Shown in pieces: positions 20,388 through 29,997 of a stretch of 64,000 nucleotides of DNA; position 1 is the first letter of the stretch; each line of letters opens with the position of its first letter. Source of the DNA: Gammaproteobacteria bacterium (GTDB lineage: Bacteria > Pseudomonadota > Gammaproteobacteria > Eutrophobiales > Eutrophobiaceae); assembly GCA_963422205.2 (NCBI GenBank), contig CAXMWX010000001.1, positions 320,001 to 384,000 of the forward strand, given 5' to 3'. Position numbers and translations under genes: made by a program. Below the pieces are notes generated by a model. That model ran no database searches and had not been told where the DNA came from. It saw only the letters and a program-made list of their open reading frames with translations.

Positions 20388-21448
20388 TCCTGCTGGATAA
20401 GTATCTGGCCCGGCAGATCATGATCGGTATTTTAATTGCCGCTGCCGTCCTGCTGCCCTTGTTCAGCTTTCTTGATCTGGTGGAACAACTGGATGATGTC
20501 GGGCAGGGGTTTTATAGCGTACAGGATGCGTTTTATTTCACTGCCCTGATGCTGCCCCGGCGCCTGCTTCAGCTCATGCCGTTTATTGCGCTGATAGGCC
20601 ATGTCATTGCCCTTGGCAGGCTGGCGGTGCATTCAGAAATTATCTGTATGCGTGCCGCTGGTCTGTCGCCGCTTGAGATCAGCAAAACCCCGTTGCGTAT
20701 CGCCATCTGCCTGCTGGTTGCCATGGCGGTGTTGGAGCAATACATCGCCCCGGTGCTGGAGCAAAAAGCCCATGCACATCGCTCTGCCGCCCTGGCTTAC
20801 AGCACGCAACTGAGCGAGGACTTGGGCCTGTGGTCACGTGATGCAGCGCATATTCTGCGTATTGGCGATCGAATACACTCGGCCTTGATGCGGGATATCG
20901 AGATCTTCAACCTGGATGAGGCTGGGTTTCTGCTGGCGTATATCCATGCTGGCGAAGCCGAGGTGGTCGATGATCGGCTGTGGCGCTTGCATGATGTCAC
21001 CCGCAAGCGGTTCAACGGCTTGCAGACTGTCACGGAAGGCATTGAGGCGATGGACTGGCAGCCGTTTCTCAATCCTGAGCAGATCACCACCTTGACCCTG
21101 CCGGTTGGCAGCTTGTCACCGCTGGATTTGCATCAGTATATCGCTTACTTAAAACAAACCGGGCAAACCTCCGCAGCTTATGAGCTGGCACTGTGGCGCA
21201 AGCCCGGCAGCGGGCTGATCACGATTGCCATGGTCTTGTTGTCTGTGCCGTTTGTCCTGGGCTCGATACGTTCGGGCCTGGCGAGTAAGCTGGTGCTGGC
21301 CGGCATGACCGGCGTTTGTGTCTATCTGTTTGATCAGATCATCTCCAACCTGGGGTTGTTGCTGAATCTTAATCTGGTGGTTGTTGCCCTGGCACCGGGT
21401 GTGTTGTTGATCTGGTGTGCATACCTGTGGCTGGCGAGGGTGAAGTGA
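20384..21448 (+). CDS. lptG: LptG-family (YjgP/YjgQ) permease
   Basis: MILLDKYL, LGRLAVHSEIICMRAAG, YELALWRK; ATGA overlap with lptF. Confidence 0.88.
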   Translation: MILLDKYLARQIMIGILIAAAVLLPLFSFLDLVEQLDDVGQGFYSVQDAFYFTALMLPRRLLQLMPFIALIGHVIALGRLAVHSEIICMRAAGLSPLEISKTPLRIAICLLVAMAVLEQYIAPVLEQKAHAHRSAALAYSTQLSEDLGLWSRDAAHILRIGDRIHSALMRDIEIFNLDEAGFLLAYIHAGEAEVVDDRLWRLHDVTRKRFNGLQTVTEGIEAMDWQPFLNPEQITTLTLPVGSLSPLDLHQYIAYLKQTGQTSAAYELALWRKPGSGLITIAMVLLSVPFVLGSIRSGLASKLVLAGMTGVCVYLFDQIISNLGLLLNLNLVVVALAPGVLLIWCAYLWLARVK

Positions 21449-21467
21449 AACCCACTTGCCATCGGTG

Positions 21468-22400
21468 TCAGGCAGCCCGACCCTGGCTGAGGATATAGCG
21501 GCACTGGGCTGTCGTTTTTACAGCATAGCCGGTGATATCCAGCGATAAGGACTGCCTTTGGATCTGCCAGCCCGGTTCAGGCTCTTCTTTAATTGATGTA
21601 ATCTCATACAGGTTATAACCGGCGCCGGGGTGGGTCTGTGTCGGCAGCGCCGAGGCCGAGGGCACGCCCAGCACGGGGATGTTATTCGTCCCGGCGGCGA
21701 TGAAGTTCTCCACATGTTTATGCCCATGACCGTGCAGTATCAACTCTGCCCCCTGTTGCTGGATGGTGCTGATGAATTTTTTCTCATCCACCAGCCGCTT
21801 GCGCCTTTTATAGGTGCCGGGCACCGGCCCGTGGTGCAATACAAGCAGGCGAAACAAGCCTTGTGCCCTGGTCTCTTCCAGTAGCCCGATTAGCCTGTTG
21901 CGCTGTTGTGTGCCTATCCGGCCGGTCGCCAGGAAGGGGGCGGTCGGCACGGCGGTATTGATGCCGATAACCGCCAGCTGGTTTTTAATGTAAGCAGAGG
22001 GGAAGCGGTGTTCACCGCCTCCGCCGGTATCAGGATAGAACGGTCGCCACAGCGCCCGGGCAGACTCGATCGCCCCGGCATCCCTGGCTGGAACATAGCA
22101 ATCATGATTGCCCGGCACCAACAGGATGGTCATATCCCTGGCGGCGGCATGCAGCCAGGCGTGTGCCTGCCGGTATTCCTGCACGCTGCCTGTGTGCGTC
22201 AGATCGCCGGCGATGATTAACAGATCGGGGGCATCCCGGCGGATGCACGCCAGCAGGGAATCCAGAATCTCGCGCCTGTGTATAAAACGGCGCCTATACC
22301 GCCAGGACAGATACCCCAGCAGCCGTTTACTGCATAACGCTGGCCAGCGAAGATGCGCCAGCGAAGTCAGGTGCAGATCGGCAATGTGAGCGATCTTCAA
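21468..22400 (-). CDS. Calcineurin-like metallophosphoesterase
   Basis: DLH, GDLT, PGNHD, HH, HGHGH motifs. Confidence 0.9.
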   Translation of the reverse strand: MKIAHIADLHLTSLAHLRWPALCSKRLLGYLSWRYRRRFIHRREILDSLLACIRRDAPDLLIIAGDLTHTGSVQEYRQAHAWLHAAARDMTILLVPGNHDCYVPARDAGAIESARALWRPFYPDTGGGGEHRFPSAYIKNQLAVIGINTAVPTAPFLATGRIGTQQRNRLIGLLEETRAQGLFRLLVLHHGPVPGTYKRRKRLVDEKKFISTIQQQGAELILHGHGHKHVENFIAAGTNNIPVLGVPSASALPTQTHPGAGYNLYEITSIKEEPEPGWQIQRQSLSLDITGYAVKTTAQCRYILSQGRAA

Positions 22401-22481
22401 GCGGCTTACCTTTTATAACCGGCTGTAATAAAATACTGGCGTGTCTTCATGCGGGGTGATGTTTCCACAGCCTGACTGCCT

Positions 22482-23765
22482 ATGTCGTTATCAACCAAAG
22501 TGAGATTATTCAGGAAAAAATTATCCGGGGCAAAACCATCCGCAGCGAGCGGTTTGCAGGTTCTGATCACCTCTGAGAGTGATAGTACACTGTGGCAGTT
22601 GAGCGGTCGACAGCGTTTGCAAAAACAATTCACCCGGTTTCCCGAGGTGCGGCTGATCGATACGCCCGCCCAGCGGCAGCCCGGGGCGCCGTTGTTGCTG
22701 ATACGGGGTGACTTCATCTATGTGCAGCAGCTGATTCAGGGGCTGGTGGCCAATACGGTGGCGTGCGTGCTGACGGATAACCGCCAGGGCGAAGCCGTTG
22801 CCATCTGGATGTCATCTCATGCGGCAGCACGGGATGTGACCGGGGATGTGGCCGGGGATGATGCTGTGTCGGCGATGATCGCACGGCTTAACAGCGGCGA
22901 GGTGCCAACCGGTTTTAAGCCGTTGCCGGCACAGGAGTTTGTCGCCCCTTACGATGTCTCGTTACGCAAGCATGAGGCGGTTGAGGTCTACAAAATAGCG
23001 GCGGATAAAAAAGTGCAGTTAGAGAATTTTTTATTCGGCAACGCCTATAAAGGCGTGACGGATTGTATCACCAGGTTTATCTGGCCTTATCCGGCGAGGT
23101 GGGCAACGTACTGGTGTACCACACGGGCGATTACGCCCAATCAGGTGACCTTGTTGAGTTTGCTGCTGGTGATCGCCAGCGGGTTTTTATTCTGGCATGG
23201 CTGGTTTCTGACCGGCCTGCTTTGTGCCTGGGTGATGACGTTTTTGGATACGGTGGATGGCAAGCTGGCACGGGTGACCATCAGCACCTCAAAGACCGGG
23301 CATGTACTGGATCATGGCATGGACATCATCCATCCGCCGCTTTGGTATTATGCCTGGGGTATGGGGCTGGTCGATGCCGGTCTGCCGGATGCTGTGTTTG
23401 TGGTGCTTATGTGGGTTATGCTGCTTGCCTATGTCGGCGGGCGTCTGATTGAAGGCGGCTTTGAGTTGTTCACGCCCATCACGATCTTTACCTGGCGCCG
23501 GTTTGATTCTTATCATCGCCTGGTGACGGCAAGGCGCAACCCCAACCTGGTCTTGTTGACCGGCTTTACCTTGGCCGGCCAACCCGTACAGGGGCTGTAT
23601 GCGGTGGTTGCCTGGCATGTGATCTCCACCGCCGTGCTGGTCGTGCGTACCGGCCAAATCTGGCAGCAGCACAAACAGGGCCAGCCGATGACTTCATGGC
23701 TCATGCACCTGACCTCCGCCGACAAGGACGTGGCCGTGCGCCTGTTTGCCGGTGTGCGGCCCTGA
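22482..23765 (+). CDS. CDP-alcohol phosphotransferase with N-terminal soluble domain (CpgC-like)
   Basis: YKGVTD, TPNQVT, DTVDGKLAR...G..LDHG.D signature, TARRNPN. Confidence 0.88.
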   Translation: MSLSTKVRLFRKKLSGAKPSAASGLQVLITSESDSTLWQLSGRQRLQKQFTRFPEVRLIDTPAQRQPGAPLLLIRGDFIYVQQLIQGLVANTVACVLTDNRQGEAVAIWMSSHAAARDVTGDVAGDDAVSAMIARLNSGEVPTGFKPLPAQEFVAPYDVSLRKHEAVEVYKIAADKKVQLENFLFGNAYKGVTDCITRFIWPYPARWATYWCTTRAITPNQVTLLSLLLVIASGFLFWHGWFLTGLLCAWVMTFLDTVDGKLARVTISTSKTGHVLDHGMDIIHPPLWYYAWGMGLVDAGLPDAVFVVLMWVMLLAYVGGRLIEGGFELFTPITIFTWRRFDSYHRLVTARRNPNLVLLTGFTLAGQPVQGLYAVVAWHVISTAVLVVRTGQIWQQHKQGQPMTSWLMHLTSADKDVAVRLFAGVRP

Positions 23766-23786
23766 TACAGTCTTCCTTACGCTGCC

Positions 23787-24743
23787 ATGCAGAACACGTT
23801 TGTTTTATGCAATCCACACAGTGGCCGGGTCAAGAAACAACTGGGCAGGATCCGTGCTTTCACCGCCACATTCCCGCAACTGATCTATGTGGAAGCCAGC
23901 ACATCGGCGGAATTTGAGTTGTTCTTCAAACAACATCTGCTGCATGAGGACAGTTTATTGGTCGTGATCGCTGGCGATGGCACGTTCCATGCCGTTCTGA
24001 CATGGCTGTTTGCTGATCCTCCGGGCCATGCCGGGCCGGTGATCTATCTCATTGCTGGCGGCACAACCAACATGACAGCGGCTGACTTTGGCGTGACCAG
24101 GCCGCCCTACCAGCAGTTGCAACACCTGATGCGGCGACTGGCAGCGATGGATGCGCTGGATGCCCCCTGCATACGGCGGGCATCTCTGCGAGTGCAAAAT
24201 GGCCAGCAAACATTATGCGGCATGTTTCTGGGTACTGGCATGATTGCCGAGGGCGTGAACTATTTTCAGAAAAATCTGCGGGCGATGGGCATCACCGGCA
24301 ACCTCCTGCCGGGCCTGGTGTTGTTGCGTTTTTTGGCATTGTGCCTGTTACGCTCATCCCGCATCCTGCCCGCAGACCCTCATCTGATCATCAAAACAGA
24401 CGGCCACGTCAGATTTCAGGGCCGGGCGGCGCTGACGCTGGTTTCGGTTCTAAACCGGCTGCTGCTGGGGTGTCGTCCGTACTGGGGAGAGGGCGAGGGT
24501 GTACTCCGGCTGACCAACGTCACTGAAGAGATCACGGCAAAGCCAGCCGCCCTGCTGCGCTCCTGTGCTGCGCTCCTGTGCGGGCGTGGAGGAAGGCGGC
24601 CGCCGGATGGTTGCCTGAGTTTTTCCGCAGCGGACATTATCCTTAAATTCAGTGGCGACTTCATCATCGATGGTGAGTTATATGCTGCCGCTTCTGATCT
24701 TGTGATCAGCACGGTTGAGTTCAGGTTATTGATCTGTGACTGA
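23787..24743 (+). CDS. Diacylglycerol/sphingosine kinase-family lipid kinase (CpgB ceramide kinase-like)
   Basis: NPHSG, AGDGT, GGTTNMTA.D, IDGE. Confidence 0.85.
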   Translation: MQNTFVLCNPHSGRVKKQLGRIRAFTATFPQLIYVEASTSAEFELFFKQHLLHEDSLLVVIAGDGTFHAVLTWLFADPPGHAGPVIYLIAGGTTNMTAADFGVTRPPYQQLQHLMRRLAAMDALDAPCIRRASLRVQNGQQTLCGMFLGTGMIAEGVNYFQKNLRAMGITGNLLPGLVLLRFLALCLLRSSRILPADPHLIIKTDGHVRFQGRAALTLVSVLNRLLLGCRPYWGEGEGVLRLTNVTEEITAKPAALLRSCAALLCGRGGRRPPDGCLSFSAADIILKFSGDFIIDGELYAAASDLVISTVEFRLLICD

Positions 24744-25704
24744 GCGAGCAGAGCCCCTGGCCGAGGTGGCGGCCTATCTGACGGCCATCAGTACGCCGCC
24801 GGTAGCAGCAGAAGTCATGACCATCACGGCACGGCTTAAACAGCGTTACGGCGAGAGGGTCCAGGCGGTGTTGCTGTATGGTTCTACCCTGCACCGGCCG
24901 GATGTCAGCGATGCGGTGATTGATCTGTATGTACTGATGGACAGCTACACAGATCTCTATGCCAATCGGCTGCTCGCCTGTGCCAATCAGCTGCTCGCCC
25001 CGAATGTCTTTTATATGCAGACTCAGCACGGGCAAACACAGCACGGGCAGACACTCGTCAGGTGCAAGTATGCGGTGATCTCCTTATCGCAGTTTGCCGA
25101 GGGCTGCCGTCACTGGTTTCATTCGTATCTATGGGGCCGGTTTTGCCAACCGGTCAGGCTGGTCTATGCCGCCTCTGCGGCCGTGCAAACCCGCATCATC
25201 ATGGCATTGGCGCAGAGTTGTTATACACTGCTCAACACTGCCTGTGTCCATCGTCCGGGGGAGATAATACCAGCAGAGGAATTATGGGCGACCGGCCTGT
25301 CGTTATCCTACCGGGCAGAGTTAAGACCAGAGGATGCTGAACGGGCGGCTTTGCTGGTTAAGCGTGATGCCGATCATTACCTGACCTTGACCCGCCTGCT
25401 GTTGCCGCTGCTGATTTCGCAGTATAAAAACACCGCCACCGGGGTGCAGATTGTTGCCGACCGCCAGTCGGTCAACCGGTTATGCGCCCACTGGCGCTGG
25501 CGGCGCTGGCTGGGCCGGTTGTTATCTGTGCTGCGTCTGGTCAAGGCCGCATTCACCTTTAATGACTGTATCGACTATGCAGCCTGGAAGATACAACGGC
25601 ATACCGGCGAGGTGATTGACGTCACACCTAAGTTAAGAAAATATCCGCTGCTGTTTGGCTGGCAGGTGGGCTGGCGTTTGTTAAGACGAGGAGTATTAAA
25701 ATAG
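24736..25704 (+). CDS. Nucleotidyltransferase-fold protein, Tam41/Mmp37-like (CpgA-like position)
   Basis: LLYGS...D.VIDLY, PNVFY, KYAVI, LWGRFCQPV, LSYRAELRPE, KAAFTF...DY..WKI.RH. Confidence 0.7.
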   Translation: MTERAEPLAEVAAYLTAISTPPVAAEVMTITARLKQRYGERVQAVLLYGSTLHRPDVSDAVIDLYVLMDSYTDLYANRLLACANQLLAPNVFYMQTQHGQTQHGQTLVRCKYAVISLSQFAEGCRHWFHSYLWGRFCQPVRLVYAASAAVQTRIIMALAQSCYTLLNTACVHRPGEIIPAEELWATGLSLSYRAELRPEDAERAALLVKRDADHYLTLTRLLLPLLISQYKNTATGVQIVADRQSVNRLCAHWRWRRWLGRLLSVLRLVKAAFTFNDCIDYAAWKIQRHTGEVIDVTPKLRKYPLLFGWQVGWRLLRRGVLK

Positions 25705-25705
25705 C

Positions 25706-26470
25706 GTGATGATTGAAACACAGCAACCTGCCGGGGCCGACAGGCCGGTTAAAAAGAAACACCGCATGAGCGTGGCGCTAGGCCTGTGGCTGATCAAAAA
25801 AATTGAGGCCGCATTGATACGTTTCTCCACAGTGGCGGATGCGCCTTTTCTGCCAGCGGCGGATTTTGACTGGGTGGCCTCTCTGGAGCGCAATGCCGGC
25901 CTCATCCGGGCGGAGCTGGACGAATTATTGAAAAAGCCGGAGCGCATCCCCAATTTTCAGGACATCTCCAGGGATCAGAGCAATCTGACCCGGGACGATA
26001 AATGGAAGTCGTTTTTTCTCTACGGCTATGGTTACAAGATGGAGAACAACTGCGCGCTTTGCCCTGAGACAACGGCGATTGTGGAGCAGATTCCGGGCCT
26101 GTTTACCGCGTTCTTCTCCGTCCTCGCCCCCGGCAAACACATCCCCCTGCACCGCGGCCCGTACAAGGGGCTTTTGCGTTGTCATCTTGCCCTGATCGTG
26201 CCACAACCGGCACAGGACTGCTGGATTGAGGTGGGCGGCGAGCGGGCGCACTGGATGGCGAATACCTGCATGGTGTTTGACGATACCTACAAGCATCGGG
26301 TTGAGAACAATACCGATGGCTTACGGGTGGTGTTGTTTTTGGATATTCTGCGGCCATTGCGCCCGCCTGGCGACTGGTTGAACCGGCGGGTGTTGCAACT
26401 GATCCGGCTGTCCCCTTTCATTCAGGATGCCAGGCGTAACCAGATTGCCTGGGAGCGGCGTTATGAATGA
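25706..26470 (+). CDS. Aspartyl/asparaginyl beta-hydroxylase domain protein (LpxO-like)
   Basis: WKSFFL, CPET, FFSVL.PGKHIP.HRGPYKG.LRCHL, FDDTY.H, RVVLFLD. Confidence 0.9.
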   Translation: MMIETQQPAGADRPVKKKHRMSVALGLWLIKKIEAALIRFSTVADAPFLPAADFDWVASLERNAGLIRAELDELLKKPERIPNFQDISRDQSNLTRDDKWKSFFLYGYGYKMENNCALCPETTAIVEQIPGLFTAFFSVLAPGKHIPLHRGPYKGLLRCHLALIVPQPAQDCWIEVGGERAHWMANTCMVFDDTYKHRVENNTDGLRVVLFLDILRPLRPPGDWLNRRVLQLIRLSPFIQDARRNQIAWERRYE

Positions 26471-26612
26471 TCGCTGTCTTACCTTGCCGCTCCGACTCAC
26501 AACGGGCGCCCTCGTTTTTGCCGCCATGCCATCAGCACGGCCCGATGCGACAGTCCTGTATCCGCCGTAGCGCATTGCCCGACAGGATGCGCCGGATCAG
26601 GGGTTCGAACCG

Positions 26613-27551
26613 TCACACCACCGCGGCCATCTGCTGTATGATATGGTTTGCCAGCCGGATTTTATCCTCTGCCTGTTGCATCCGTGTGGGCAGGGCGAGC
26701 GCCTGCACACCTGATTCATACACCGCCGGGATCTCATCCCGGTCGCCCTCATCAATGATCAGGTAATCGACAATATCCTGATAGTGTCGGGCAATCGTGG
26801 CATGCGTGACGGCCAGACCCAGCTCCTGCATTATCTTGGCCGCCGGCCCCTTGACCACACGGCCCTGGATGAGAGGTGAGACGGCAAACACTTTACGCCT
26901 TGCCAGCCGCTGTCTCACACCGGGCAGGGCCAACAGCGGATCGATACTGAGCAGGGGATTGGACGGGCAGATAATCACGGCTGCTGCGCTCGCCAGCGCC
27001 CGGGCAAAGTCCGCCTGTGGTCGTGCCTTATCGCTGTGCCGGAAGCTGATCGAGGTCACCACCGGCTGGCATCCTCGCCGGACAAAATAGTCCTGGAACG
27101 GCAGCGCCCCGGCGGTGGTGTGTACCACAGTCTGCACCGGATCGTTACTCATGGGGACGATGCGATGGGCGATGCCCAGTGCTGTGCTGAGTTCCCGTGT
27201 CACCTCATCCAGGGCGAGCCCCTGCTGCAAGGCCGCCGTGCGTTGTATGTGGGTGGCGAGATCCTTATCGCCGAGGTTAAACCAGGTGGGCGCCCTGAGT
27301 GCCGCCAGCATCTGCATGCACTGCCAGCTTTCACCGGCCATGCCCCAGCCGCGCTGCTGATCGTTAATCCCGGCCAGGGCATACATCACGCTGTCGAGAT
27401 CAGGGCAGATCCGCAGGCCCAAATGGGTAAAATCATCGCCGGTATTGACCACGATCAGCAGCTTATCGGCAGGCAGCACCCGGCTTAGGCCATAGGCCAG
27501 CTTGGCACCGCCCACGCCACCACACAGGCACAGTATGTTCGCTGTCGTCAT
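26613..27551 (-). CDS. cofD: 2-phospho-L-lactate transferase (F420 biosynthesis)
   Basis: GGVGGAKL, VNTGDDF, ICPDLD, WF.LGDKD, FQDYFV, CPSNP..SI, KGPAAK. Confidence 0.95.
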   Translation of the reverse strand: MTTANILCLCGGVGGAKLAYGLSRVLPADKLLIVVNTGDDFTHLGLRICPDLDSVMYALAGINDQQRGWGMAGESWQCMQMLAALRAPTWFNLGDKDLATHIQRTAALQQGLALDEVTRELSTALGIAHRIVPMSNDPVQTVVHTTAGALPFQDYFVRRGCQPVVTSISFRHSDKARPQADFARALASAAAVIICPSNPLLSIDPLLALPGVRQRLARRKVFAVSPLIQGRVVKGPAAKIMQELGLAVTHATIARHYQDIVDYLIIDEGDRDEIPAVYESGVQALALPTRMQQAEDKIRLANHIIQQMAAVV

Positions 27552-27552
27552 A

Positions 27553-28335
27553 TCACAAAAACAGATCGTCCTGTGCCGGGCGGATCAGTGTTGCCGCGGT
27601 TTGTGTGGCAGGGGCAATGGCCAGCCCCTGCACCAGCACGGCGGGTATGCCCTCATCCGCCTGCCCCATCACCAGGGAGGCCGCCGCGGCGATCTCATCG
27701 GCGATTCCGGTTTCTGTGTTGATAAGTACATTACCCATCAGATCAGGCTGGCCGGTTTTTTTCAGCAGACAGGTGATGCCGGCGGCGCCAATCGCCATGC
27801 CGGTGGTGCCGGTACGCCAGGCACGGCCAACGCTGTCACTGATGATCACGCCGACTTGTCGCCGCAGTCGGCTGGCAATCCCAGCTTGCAGTTCTCTGGC
27901 GGTTTTATCCGGTGCTTCAGGCAGTAACAAGACCCGCTGCCCGGCCGCATCCTGTTCAATATTGGAATGGTCTATCCCGGCATTGGCATGGACGAAGCCG
28001 AGTTTATGCTGGACGATAATCACCCCGGGCCGACAACGTATCACGCGTTGCGATTGTTGCAGGATCAACTCAACCAGATGCGGATCCTTGCCGCATTTCC
28101 CCGCCAGCCTGCTGGCCTTAGATGAGGGGACGATGTCATGCAGATGGACATAGCGGTTCTCTGCCTTGGAGATGATTTTCTGGGCGATGACCAGGATATC
28201 CTGAGCAACCGCATCATCGCTGGCCGGGATGCGTTGCAATGCGGGCAGAAGTACCTCCACCAGATCATCGCCCGGGCTGACCAGCGGGATGTCGGTTAAG
28301 GGGATAATGCTAAGGGGCGCCGCCATGAGATTCAC
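27553..28335 (-). CDS. cofE: Coenzyme F420-0:L-glutamate ligase
   Basis: PGDDL, AQKIISKAE, ANAGID.SN, ISDS.GR.WR.G, DEIAAAA.L.MGQ..EG.P, DLF. Confidence 0.95.
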   Translation of the reverse strand: MNLMAAPLSIIPLTDIPLVSPGDDLVEVLLPALQRIPASDDAVAQDILVIAQKIISKAENRYVHLHDIVPSSKASRLAGKCGKDPHLVELILQQSQRVIRCRPGVIIVQHKLGFVHANAGIDHSNIEQDAAGQRVLLLPEAPDKTARELQAGIASRLRRQVGVIISDSVGRAWRTGTTGMAIGAAGITCLLKKTGQPDLMGNVLINTETGIADEIAAAASLVMGQADEGIPAVLVQGLAIAPATQTAATLIRPAQDDLFL

Positions 28336-28476
28336 CGGATGATTATCGTGTGCATGATGTTCGGGCAGCTGCTGCTGAGTCTTTGCATTGTCATGGCAGC
28401 AGTATACTATCTGCCATCGGCCGCATGATTTTCCCCCTGTTTATTTTGCTTGTTTATTTCAGTTTAAGGATACGGC

Positions 28477-29997
28477 ATGTCATTGAGTAAAGAAAATACC
28501 CCCATCATCGGGATCGTTGGTGCTGGCATCATGGGGCGCGGGATCGCGCAGTTGTGCCTGCAATCGGGCTTTCAGGTGAGGCTCTATGATGCCGATGCCG
28601 CCGCCTGCCAGGCCGCCGCCGAGTACATCTTCACGATGCTGCAAAAGCTGGTCGACAAGGACAAACTCACCGCCGCCCAGCTGGCTGCCAGCCGGCACAG
28701 GCTGAACCTGTGCGATAGCCCGGCAGGGTTGGCCGGTTGTGCTGTCGTGATCGAGGCGATCGTTGAGGATCTGGCGATAAAGCAACAACTCTTTGCCAAG
28801 CTGGAGGGCATCGTCTCAGCCAGCACGGTGCTTGCCAGCAACACATCATCTTTGTTGATCGCTGATATTGCCGCCGCCTGTCAGCGCCCGGAGCGTGTGT
28901 GCGGCCTGCATTTTTTTAACCCGGTGCCGTTGATGCCGCTGGTGGAAGTGATACCGGGGGTGAGGACGGCCCGGCAGTGCATCAGCGATGTTGTTGCCCT
29001 GGTCAACCGCACCGGTCATCGGCCTGTTATCGCCCAGGATCAGCCCGGCTTTTTGGTCAATCATGCCGGTCGTGCCTATTACACCGAGGCACTGAAGATC
29101 ATGGAGGAGGGGATCGCCGATGCGGTTGCCATCGATCGGGTGATGCGCGAGGGCTTGGGGTTTCGCATGGGCCCGCTGGAGTTGATGGACTTGACCGGTC
29201 TGGATGTTTCAGGCCGGGTGATGCAGTCTGTCTATGAGCAGTTCCAGCATGATCCCTGGTATCGCCCCTCGGCCTTGATCGCACCGCGCATCTCGGCAGG
29301 ACTCCATGGCCGCAAGACCGGGGAGGGATTTTATCGTTATGAGGAAGGTGTGCAGGCAGTGCCGGCTGAACCTGCCGTGCCAGCGGGCAGCTGCCGTGAT
29401 GTCTGGGTGAGTGATGATGTGACGGCTGGGCTGGTGGACAGGCTACGGGCTAATGGGGCGAGACTGGTGGATACGCCGCATGGCGAGCAAACCATTCATA
29501 TCCTGCAATTCTGGGGCAAAGATGTGAGCCATGTCGCCGCTGCCAGGCAACTCAATCCGGCGCTTTGTGTGGCGGTTGATCCCCTGCCAGCGCTGGAGGG
29601 GAGGCGTACCCTGATGGTATCGCCAGTGACCCGTGCGGTGATACGGGACAGCGCCCATGCGCTGTTGGCCGCTGACGGGGTGCCGGTGACCGTGATCAAT
29701 GACAGCCCGGGATTTATCAGCCAGCGAATCCTGGCCATGATGGTGAATATTGCCTGCCATATCGTCCAGCGCCGGATTGCCTCGGTGGCTGATCTGGAGG
29801 CTGCCGTTACGCTTGGTCTGGGCTATCCGCAAGGCCCCTTGGCCTGGGGTGATGCGGTCGGGGCTGGCCGGATAGCGGAGATTCTGCACAATATACACCA
29901 GCTTACCGCCGACCCGCGCTACCGTGCCGCGTTGTGGTTGCGCCGGCGGGCCGAGTTGTCACTGTCTCTGCGGGCAGAAGAGCATGACCGGCACTGA
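28477..29997 (+). CDS. 3-hydroxyacyl-CoA dehydrogenase (PaaH-like)
   Basis: GAGIMGRGIA, EAIVEDL..K, SNTSSL, GLHFFNP, GF.MGP, duplicated C-terminal domain. Confidence 0.92.
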   Translation: MSLSKENTPIIGIVGAGIMGRGIAQLCLQSGFQVRLYDADAAACQAAAEYIFTMLQKLVDKDKLTAAQLAASRHRLNLCDSPAGLAGCAVVIEAIVEDLAIKQQLFAKLEGIVSASTVLASNTSSLLIADIAAACQRPERVCGLHFFNPVPLMPLVEVIPGVRTARQCISDVVALVNRTGHRPVIAQDQPGFLVNHAGRAYYTEALKIMEEGIADAVAIDRVMREGLGFRMGPLELMDLTGLDVSGRVMQSVYEQFQHDPWYRPSALIAPRISAGLHGRKTGEGFYRYEEGVQAVPAEPAVPAGSCRDVWVSDDVTAGLVDRLRANGARLVDTPHGEQTIHILQFWGKDVSHVAAARQLNPALCVAVDPLPALEGRRTLMVSPVTRAVIRDSAHALLAADGVPVTVINDSPGFISQRILAMMVNIACHIVQRRIASVADLEAAVTLGLGYPQGPLAWGDAVGAGRIAEILHNIHQLTADPRYRAALWLRRRAELSLSLRAEEHDRH

